Shown here in pieces: positions 17,588 to 24,092 of a stretch of DNA of 43,411 nt. The translations under genes were made by a program, and so were the position numbers. This DNA comes from Acidimicrobiia bacterium. GTDB lineage: Bacteria > Actinomycetota > Acidimicrobiia > Acidimicrobiales > VFJN01. The stretch is from contig JBFWTJ010000001.1 of the NCBI GenBank assembly GCA_050247895.1, positions 1-43,411 on the forward strand, given 5' to 3'. Below the pieces are notes generated by a model that saw only the letters and a program-made list of their open reading frames with translations, searched no databases and was not told the origin of the DNA. Each line of letters starts with the position of its first letter. Positions within the stretch are counted from its first letter, which is position 1.

Positions 17588-19054
17588 GTGCAGCGGCCCG
17601 ACGACGTGTTCGACCGCGAGTCGGAATGGGACGACCTCGCCACGTTCGCCACGCAGGGCGGATCGGGCACCCGGCTCGCCCTGGTGAGGGGACGACGACG
17701 CCAGGGGAAGTCCTACCTCCTGCGCCGGCTGGCCCGAGCCACCGGCGGCTTTTACCACCAGGCCGTCGAGGAAGAGCGGAGCCAGGCACTCGCGGGGTTC
17801 GGTCGTGCGCTGGGTGCCCACCTCGGAGTGCCCGGAGGGCGACTCGCGCTCGACCATTGGGACGACGCGCTCCTCGCCCTCCGCGAGCTGCCGACCGCCG
17901 GCGGTCCGACCGTCGTCGTCCTCGACGAGCTGCCCTACCTCCTCGGCAACTCGCCGGAGCTCCCTTCGGTCATCCAGAGGTTCATCGACGACACGGACGA
18001 TCGGCCGGGTTCCCTGCGGCTCGTCCTGTGCGGCTCGGCGCTGTCGGTCATGGCCCACCTGCTCGAGGGGACCCAGGCGCTGCGCGGTCGTGCTTCGGTC
18101 GACGTGCTGGTGCGCGCCTTCGACTACCGGACGGCAGCTGCGTTCTGGGACATCGCCGACCCCATGACCGCCTTCCTCGTCCACGCCGTCGTCGGTGGGA
18201 CCCCCGGATACCGCGACCTCCTCCCTTCGTCCCCCCCACGACGACCCTCTGACCTCGGACGATGGCTCGGTGCCGGCCCGCTGAACCCGGCGAGCGCCCT
18301 GTTCCGCGAGGACGACTACCTGCTGACAGAGGACCGCTCGCTGTCCGACCGGCAGCTCTACCACTCCGTCGTCGCCGCGATCGCCGGGGGGAGCACGAGC
18401 CAGGGTGCCATCGCCCAGGTGCTGGGACGTGAGCAGCGCGCCGTCCAGCACCCCCTCAGATCCCTGGAGGAGGCGGGCTTCGTCACCGCCACCGACGACG
18501 CGCTCAGGTCGAGGCGGCCCATCTACCGGATCGCCGACCCGATCGTCCGGTTCCACCACGTCGTCACCCGCCGTGACCTCGCACGGTTCGAGGATCGGCG
18601 GACCGCCGAGGCGTGGGAGGACGCCAGGCCCCGCTTTCGAACCCACGTGCTCGGCCCTCACTTCGAGGACCTCGCGCGAGCCTTCACCTTCGCCTACGCA
18701 TCACCGGCCACGGTCGGCGGCAGCGTGGCCTCGGTCGGACCAGCCGTCGTCAACGATCCGACCACACGTCGCCAGCACGAGATCGACGTCGTGGCCCTCG
18801 GGCGCGAACCCGACGGCTCCTCGCGGGTGTTGGCCATCGGTGAAGCGAAGTTCACGACCTCCAAGCGGACCACCGCCGACCTGGATCGGCTGGAGGACGT
18901 GCGTCGCCTCGTGGCGCGCAAGTCGCCGGCGGCCGAGACCGCCCGGTTGCTGCTGTTCGCAGCCAACGGGGTCGACGTGAACCTCGCCCGCGTCGCGAAG
19001 GGCCGACCCGATGTGGAGCTGGTCGACATCCAGCGCCTCTACTTCGGGGAGTAG
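17588..19054 (+). CDS. P-loop ATPase (archaeal-ATPase/AAA-like) + wHTH + DUF234-type PD-(D/E)xK nuclease domain
   Basis: Walker A GRRRQGKS (17690-17713) and Walker B VVVLDELPYL. wHTH-like segment SQGAIAQVLGREQRAVQHPLRSLEEAGFV. C-terminal HEIDVV...AIGEAKF (D400, E419, K421). TAGTAT at 17576-17581 sits 6 nt before GTG 17588, which is leaderless geometry. Confidence 0.85.
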   Translation: MQRPDDVFDRESEWDDLATFATQGGSGTRLALVRGRRRQGKSYLLRRLARATGGFYHQAVEEERSQALAGFGRALGAHLGVPGGRLALDHWDDALLALRELPTAGGPTVVVLDELPYLLGNSPELPSVIQRFIDDTDDRPGSLRLVLCGSALSVMAHLLEGTQALRGRASVDVLVRAFDYRTAAAFWDIADPMTAFLVHAVVGGTPGYRDLLPSSPPRRPSDLGRWLGAGPLNPASALFREDDYLLTEDRSLSDRQLYHSVVAAIAGGSTSQGAIAQVLGREQRAVQHPLRSLEEAGFVTATDDALRSRRPIYRIADPIVRFHHVVTRRDLARFEDRRTAEAWEDARPRFRTHVLGPHFEDLARAFTFAYASPATVGGSVASVGPAVVNDPTTRRQHEIDVVALGREPDGSSRVLAIGEAKFTTSKRTTADLDRLEDVRRLVARKSPAAETARLLLFAANGVDVNLARVAKGRPDVELVDIQRLYFGE

Positions 19055-19081
19055 CGGGCCTCGTCCCGAGTGCGCGGGCGG

Positions 19082-19756
19082 TCAGGCCGGGGTGGCGACC
19101 TTGATCCGGCAGCCGGCCCGGCGGGGCGGGCGGACGACCAGGTCGGTGATGGTCGCCTCGCCGCCGGTCTGCTCGGCGATGCCCTCGGCGATGCCCCGGT
19201 GCAGGTCGCAGACGATCTCGGGCGACGACGCGGCCGGGCCCACGAACGGGCAGCGGTCCAGGACCACCTCGACCCCGGCCCGGGCCGGCGCCACCCGGGG
19301 CTCGAAGCCGAGCCGGCGGGCCACCGCGTCGAGCACCTCCACGGCGTCCGCGCCGCGGCCGTGGTCCGCGGCCAGCCGGCGACCGGCCCGGCGGCCGACC
19401 TCCCGGGGGGTCCCCTCACCGCGGAGGAGCTCGAGCAGCATCATCGACAGGGCCTCGAACGGGCTCGGGCCGCCCCAGCGCTCGGCCGCGCCCGGCATCG
19501 GCCGGTAGCGCAGCCGGGGCCGCCCGGGGCCCGAGGGGGCGTCCTGCTCCTCGACGACCAACCCGGCCTGGCGCAGCTTGGCCAGGTGCTGGCGGATGGC
19601 GTTGTGGTTGAGCCCGAAGTGGTCGGTCAGCTCGGCCACGCCCACCGGGCCCGGCGCGCCACGGACGTAGGCGAACACGGCGTTGCGGGTGGGGTCCCCC
19701 AGGGCCCGGCTCTGCACCAGGATGTCCTGGTCGATGAGGTCGTCGCCTCGGGGCAT
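19082..19756 (-). CDS. ArsR-like wHTH transcriptional regulator with C-terminal Cys-containing sensor-type domain
   Basis: 224 aa from ATG 19756 (RBS AGGAG 6 nt upstream). LGDPTRNAVFAYVRGAPGPVGVAELTDHFGLNHNAIRQHLAKLRQAGLV is the wHTH. The C-terminus carries DRCPF...PEIVCDLHRGIAEGI. The track ORF extends spuriously to 19921. Confidence 0.85.
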   Translation of the reverse strand: MPRGDDLIDQDILVQSRALGDPTRNAVFAYVRGAPGPVGVAELTDHFGLNHNAIRQHLAKLRQAGLVVEEQDAPSGPGRPRLRYRPMPGAAERWGGPSPFEALSMMLLELLRGEGTPREVGRRAGRRLAADHGRGADAVEVLDAVARRLGFEPRVAPARAGVEVVLDRCPFVGPAASSPEIVCDLHRGIAEGIAEQTGGEATITDLVVRPPRRAGCRIKVATPA

Positions 19757-19808
19757 GCGCCGCTCCTGACCGTCGGGCCCGCGACCGCGGAGGCGCTCCG
19801 GGCCGGCA

Positions 19809-19846
19809 GGTAATTCTATCGGCTGCTCGATCAAACAGCCGGGAAG
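19809..19846 (+). promoter_or_regulatory. AT-rich conserved motif, copy F, in the regulator/giant-operon divergent region
   Basis: GGTAATTCTATCGGCTGCTCGATCAAACAGCCGGGAAG matches about 27 of 38 positions of copy B by hand alignment. It lies about 175 nt upstream of GTG 20022. Confidence 0.45.
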
Positions 19847-19896
19847 CCTGCGGCGGGAACGGCCGCCACGGTCCGCGTCGGGCCGACCGCGCGATC

Positions 19897-19908
19897 GGCA
19901 GATCTGCC
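19897..19908. promoter_or_regulatory. Perfect 12-nt palindrome GGCAGATCTGCC in the leader of the giant operon
   Basis: Read directly. It is followed by a TATGTT hexamer (19922-19927). Candidate operator for the adjacent ArsR-like regulator, or an RNA hairpin. Confidence 0.35.
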
Positions 19909-20021
19909 CCTTCGGCTGCACTATGTTGCCGAGCCGTGCGGACGGGCGGGGCCCAGGATGTGGGTTCGTGGGCGACCGACCGCGAGCGCACGTCCGGTCG
20001 GGCAGGTCCTGAGGGCTGACG

Positions 20022-23000
20022 GTGGCCTACGCCCCGCTCTCCGGCCGGCTGTCGAGCCTGCCCCTCGTCCTCTGCGGGCCTCTGCTCCGCCGCGTGACCA
20101 CCGACGCGGTCACCGTCTTCGTGGCGCTGCGCAAGCCGGCCAGCGTCACCCTCACCGTCTCGGCGGTCACCTCGGCCGGCGGCGCCGGCGCGACCCGTTG
20201 CACCGGCACGGCGCCGACCGTCGGGATCGGCGCCAACCTGCACGTGGTCGCCGTCACCGCCACCGCGCCCGGCGCCATCGTGCCCGGGGCCACCTACGTC
20301 TACGACCTCGCACTGACCCCGCAGGGCGAGTCGACCCGCTCCCTGCTCGACGCCGGCGTGGTGGCCGACACCGGGGCCGCGGCCCGCCAGGCCCTGACCT
20401 ACGAGGTGCCCGGCGCCCCGGCCCTGCCCTCGTTCACCGCCCCGCCGCCCGACCCCCGCGGCCTGCGGATCCTGCACGTCTCGTGCCGCAAGCCCCACGG
20501 CCACGGCACCGACGCCCTGCCCACCGTCGACCGCATGATCCGCGACTCGTTCACCGCGACCGGGCCCGACGCCGCGCCCCGGCCCCACCTGCTCGTCCAC
20601 ACCGGCGACCAGATCTACGCCGACGACGTGGCCGATCACCTGCTGTACGTGCTGATCGACGCGGCCGACGCCCTGCTCGGCTGGACCCCCGGCGAGCAGC
20701 TCCCCCTGCCCGGCGGGGCCGCCGCGCCCCGCACCCTGCGCCCCGGGCTGCGGATCCGGACCGCGCTCGAGGGCGGGCTGACCAGCGGGGCGCCCTTCGG
20801 CCGCAAGCCCCCCGACCAGGTCGACGACGACGTCGTGGCCAAGTGGGGCCAGGAGCCCCGCAGCCACCTGCTCGGCTTCGGCGAATTCTGCGCCATGTAC
20901 CTGCACGCGTGGAGCCCGACCCTGTGGCCCCCGGCCATGCCGACCGAGGCCGAGCTCTACCCGGGCGCCACGCCCGAGCAGCTCGAGGCCCACCGCAAGG
21001 CCGTCTCCGACCAGCGCACCCGGGTCGGCTGGGGCTACGGCCCGTTCGTGGCCGACGTCCGCCGGCTGCTGGCCAACGTGCCCTCGCTGATGCAGTTCGA
21101 CGACCACGAGGTGACCGACGACTGGTTCCTCAACCTCGCCTGGCTCAAGCGCGCCCAGGACCCGGCCACCCCCAAGGGCCGGCTGGGCCGGTCCATCGTG
21201 CGCAACGGGATGGCCGCGTTCGCCGTGTTCCAGGGGTGGGGCAACGTCCCCGAGCGGTTCGTCGCCGCCCCCGGCCCGGTCCCGGTGGCCGGCGCCGAGA
21301 TCCTCCGGCTGCTCAACACCTGGCACGGCGACGGCGGCCGCAGCGACAGCGCCACCGGCAGCAACACCCTCGAGCTGCTCGAGAAGCTGCTCGGGCTGCC
21401 CACCGGCTTCGGCATCGACCGGGCCACGCGCGACGCCAACGCCATCGACTGGCACTTCCACCACACCTGGCCCGGCCACCAGCTCGTGGTGCTCGACACC
21501 CGCACGGTCCGCTCGACCCCGGGCGCCGAGGGCGAGCCACCCGCGCTCATCTCCGCCGAGGACCTCGTCGACCAGTTCGCCCAGGTCCCCGTGCCCGGGG
21601 CCGACGACCTCGTCCTGGTGGTGTCCCCCGCGCCGGTGTTCGGGGCCGAGGCCCACGAGAAGCTGGGCAAGACCCGCCAGCACATGGTCGACCCCGAGCA
21701 CTGGTCGCTCCAGGAGGCGGCCTGGGAGCGCCTGCTGGCCCGCGTCGTGACCCGGCGGCCGGCCGACGCGACCGGCGTGCGCCGGTCGCGGACCGTCATC
21801 CTGTCCGGCGACGTCCACTACGCCTCGACGCTGGCCGTGCACTACAAGGGCCGGCCCTACGAGGCCGACGCCACGACCCGGGTCGAGGCGGCCATCGCCC
21901 AGCTCACGTCGAGCGCGTCGAAGAACCAGGACTCCAAGACCATCGGGATCGCCTACGGAGCCAGCGCGGCCATGCCCGCCGCCCACCGCTACGGCTGGAC
22001 CAACCCGGGCGGCGGGCCGTTCCCGGTGACCACCGCGACCGGCACCGAGACCCGCAACGGCTCGCCCGTGGTGGTCGACGTGCCCAACGGCCCCGGGCCG
22101 CTCGCCGAGTGGGACGTCGACATCCTCCCCCAGCGCGACGTGCGCCTCGGCATCTCGCACCTGCTCAGCCTGCCCCCGGCCGGCGGCGGGCTCGCCGGGG
22201 CCGTCGAGGCCGGCAAGTGGGCCGCCGGCGTGGTCGCGACCGAGCTCAGCGGGCGCCGCATCGTGGGGCGCAACAACGTGGGCGACATCCGCTTCCGGTG
22301 GGAGGCGGGCGACGACAAGAAGGTCATGCACCACCTCTGGTACCGGGCCAAGGACGCCGACCCGCTCGCCGCACCGCACACCCTGCACGTGGTGGACCTC
22401 GCCGTCGGCCTGCCCGCGGCGTCGACGGACCCGACCCTGCGCCGGGGCGACCACGACCGCGACGCCGGCGGCATCGCCCGCTACGACGGGGCCGACCGGG
22501 TCGAGCCGGCCCCGGGCAGCGGGCTCGTCGCCCGGCGCCAGGCCCAGCTGGCCCAGCTCGGCTTCTCGCTCGTCGGCCCGGCCGACGGCCTGTTCGACGC
22601 CGAGATGGAGGAGGCCGTCCGCGAGTTCCAGATCGCGGCCGGCAGCTCCCGGGCCGCCCGCTCGACCAGCGGCGCGCCGAGCGACCCGACGACCCACGAA
22701 CCGGTGGTCATCGGCACGGCCGAGCGCTACGCCGGCGCGATCGACGGCCGGATCGACCAGGCCCTGGCCGGGGTGATCGACGGCTGGGTCGCCCGGGGCT
22801 GGGCCAACCCGGTGTGGGCCCGGGCCCAGCAGGGCGCCACGGTGACCGCCACCACGGTCTGGCGCTTCGACGACCCCGTCCCGGCGGGCAGCGAGGTGTC
22901 GATCCGGGACCTGTCCGACCTGTGGCCCCTGCCCGGCGGCCGGGCCGCGGCCGACTACCACCCGGCGGGGCGCTTCCTGGCCACGGCGGGCGGGCCCGTG

Positions 23001-24092
23001 GCCGTGGCCCCGGACCACACCTGGGCCCAGGCCGAGCTGCTGCCCGCCGTGCTCACCGGCACCACGCCGACGGTGGTCCAGCGCTCGACGTTCAAGGTCG
23101 TCCGGGCGGTGAGCGAGCGGGAGTGCGGCGGCTTCCTCGACAGCGTGGCCACCTCGTCCAACGCGCTGCTGGAGGCCGGCACCTTCCACTGGACCTTCGG
23201 CCTGCCCAACGGCGCCCTGCGCGCCCCCGGCGAGCTGGCCGGCTTCGCCGCCTACCTGCGCCACGCCGACCCGCTGATCTTCGACGCCGTGTTCACCCGG
23301 TTCGGGCTCGTCCCGTCCAAGGCCTGGCGCCAGGTCGACCAGTCCCCCACCGGCCGGGCCCTGCTCACCCCCGAGCGCACCTACCGGGCCTGGTGGAGCC
23401 GGCCCCACGACCCCCTCCAGGAGATCGAGGACGGCGCGGTCGAGTCGGACCGGTTCCGGTCCTGGCACTGGGTCCACCGCATGCAGATGGCGGCCCGCAC
23501 CTTCGGCGACTGGCGCCGGGCCGCCTACGACTTCGGCCGCATCCGGGTGCGCGACCTGCTCTCCACGCCCTGGGGCAAGAAGACCGGCGCCGACGGGGTC
23601 CCCGACATCGCCCTGACCGGCGGCGGGACCCGCGTCGCGACGATCGGCGACGTGGTCACCTCCGAGCGGGGCGTGGCCCTGCTGGTGCGCTGGCACGTCT
23701 TCCGCCCGGCCGACCTCGTGAGCGCCAACGCCGCCGCGTCCTTGCTGCGCCAGACCCTGGCCACCGTGGGCAGGCCGGCCGGCGCCCCTTCGAGCTGGCC
23801 CGACAGCTTCGAGGACCAGTTCGTCGCCGCCCTGGCCGCGGCACCGCCGACGGGCATCAACTCGTTCGACGACGTGCTGCGCTGGCCCCGTTGGCAGGCG
23901 AACAACCCGTCCGGGTTCGCCCTGGACCTCGACGCCCTGCTCGCGGCGGCGCCCGGCGCGCCGACCGGCTACGTCGCGCCGACCGACATCTCGCGCACCG
24001 CCGGCCTGCTGTCGGCCCGGCGGGGCTCGTTCCTGCTCGACGCCGCGGGCCTGCCCCCGGCCCCCGACTACGCCCAGGCAGGCCAGCCGTGA
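20022..24092 (+). CDS. Giant-operon gene 1: PhoD-like metallophosphoesterase + peptidoglycan-binding (PG_binding_1-like) module + ~400-aa uncharacterised C-terminal region
   Basis: 1356 aa. PhoD_N-like strand (GPLLRRVTTDAVTVFVAL). Metallophosphatase motifs are HVSC, GDQIYADD (20604), FDDHEVTDDW (21096) and LSGDVHYAS (21804). PG-binding-like segment QLAQLGFSLVGPADGLFDAEMEEAVREFQ (~22524-22645). RBS GAGGG 6 nt before the GTG. Confidence 0.85.
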   Translation: MAYAPLSGRLSSLPLVLCGPLLRRVTTDAVTVFVALRKPASVTLTVSAVTSAGGAGATRCTGTAPTVGIGANLHVVAVTATAPGAIVPGATYVYDLALTPQGESTRSLLDAGVVADTGAAARQALTYEVPGAPALPSFTAPPPDPRGLRILHVSCRKPHGHGTDALPTVDRMIRDSFTATGPDAAPRPHLLVHTGDQIYADDVADHLLYVLIDAADALLGWTPGEQLPLPGGAAAPRTLRPGLRIRTALEGGLTSGAPFGRKPPDQVDDDVVAKWGQEPRSHLLGFGEFCAMYLHAWSPTLWPPAMPTEAELYPGATPEQLEAHRKAVSDQRTRVGWGYGPFVADVRRLLANVPSLMQFDDHEVTDDWFLNLAWLKRAQDPATPKGRLGRSIVRNGMAAFAVFQGWGNVPERFVAAPGPVPVAGAEILRLLNTWHGDGGRSDSATGSNTLELLEKLLGLPTGFGIDRATRDANAIDWHFHHTWPGHQLVVLDTRTVRSTPGAEGEPPALISAEDLVDQFAQVPVPGADDLVLVVSPAPVFGAEAHEKLGKTRQHMVDPEHWSLQEAAWERLLARVVTRRPADATGVRRSRTVILSGDVHYASTLAVHYKGRPYEADATTRVEAAIAQLTSSASKNQDSKTIGIAYGASAAMPAAHRYGWTNPGGGPFPVTTATGTETRNGSPVVVDVPNGPGPLAEWDVDILPQRDVRLGISHLLSLPPAGGGLAGAVEAGKWAAGVVATELSGRRIVGRNNVGDIRFRWEAGDDKKVMHHLWYRAKDADPLAAPHTLHVVDLAVGLPAASTDPTLRRGDHDRDAGGIARYDGADRVEPAPGSGLVARRQAQLAQLGFSLVGPADGLFDAEMEEAVREFQIAAGSSRAARSTSGAPSDPTTHEPVVIGTAERYAGAIDGRIDQALAGVIDGWVARGWANPVWARAQQGATVTATTVWRFDDPVPAGSEVSIRDLSDLWPLPGGRAAADYHPAGRFLATAGGPVAVAPDHTWAQAELLPAVLTGTTPTVVQRSTFKVVRAVSERECGGFLDSVATSSNALLEAGTFHWTFGLPNGALRAPGELAGFAAYLRHADPLIFDAVFTRFGLVPSKAWRQVDQSPTGRALLTPERTYRAWWSRPHDPLQEIEDGAVESDRFRSWHWVHRMQMAARTFGDWRRAAYDFGRIRVRDLLSTPWGKKTGADGVPDIALTGGGTRVATIGDVVTSERGVALLVRWHVFRPADLVSANAAASLLRQTLATVGRPAGAPSSWPDSFEDQFVAALAAAPPTGINSFDDVLRWPRWQANNPSGFALDLDALLAAAPGAPTGYVAPTDISRTAGLLSARRGSFLLDAAGLPPAPDYAQAGQP

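Noticed and set aside
20022-20110. Twin-arginine (Tat) signal on gene 1, expected because classical PhoD is Tat-exported.
   Set aside because: The RR at residues 23-24 is not followed by a hydrophobic h-region or an AxA site. It lies in what looks like the first beta-strand of the PhoD_N-like domain.
19416-23696. Very long minus-strand ORFs antisense to the giant operon: 19416-23696 (1426 aa), 24068-27508 (1146 aa), 29973-35303 (1776 aa) and 33803-36871 (1022 aa).
   Set aside because: These are Arg/Gly/Pro/Asp-rich shadow ORFs lacking stop codons because of GC3 bias on the sense strand. They have no protein-like motifs, and the plus-strand frames have coherent sequences and coupled junctions.
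19958-24088. The 5' extensions of the track ORFs that would make genes 2-5 much longer: 19958-27544 (2528 aa), 26329-30357, 27867-35327 and 30668-36958.
   Set aside because: The upstream portions are Arg/Pro-rich nonsense overlapping the preceding gene out of frame. Protein-like sequence begins exactly at the GTG/ATG that overlaps the preceding stop codon.
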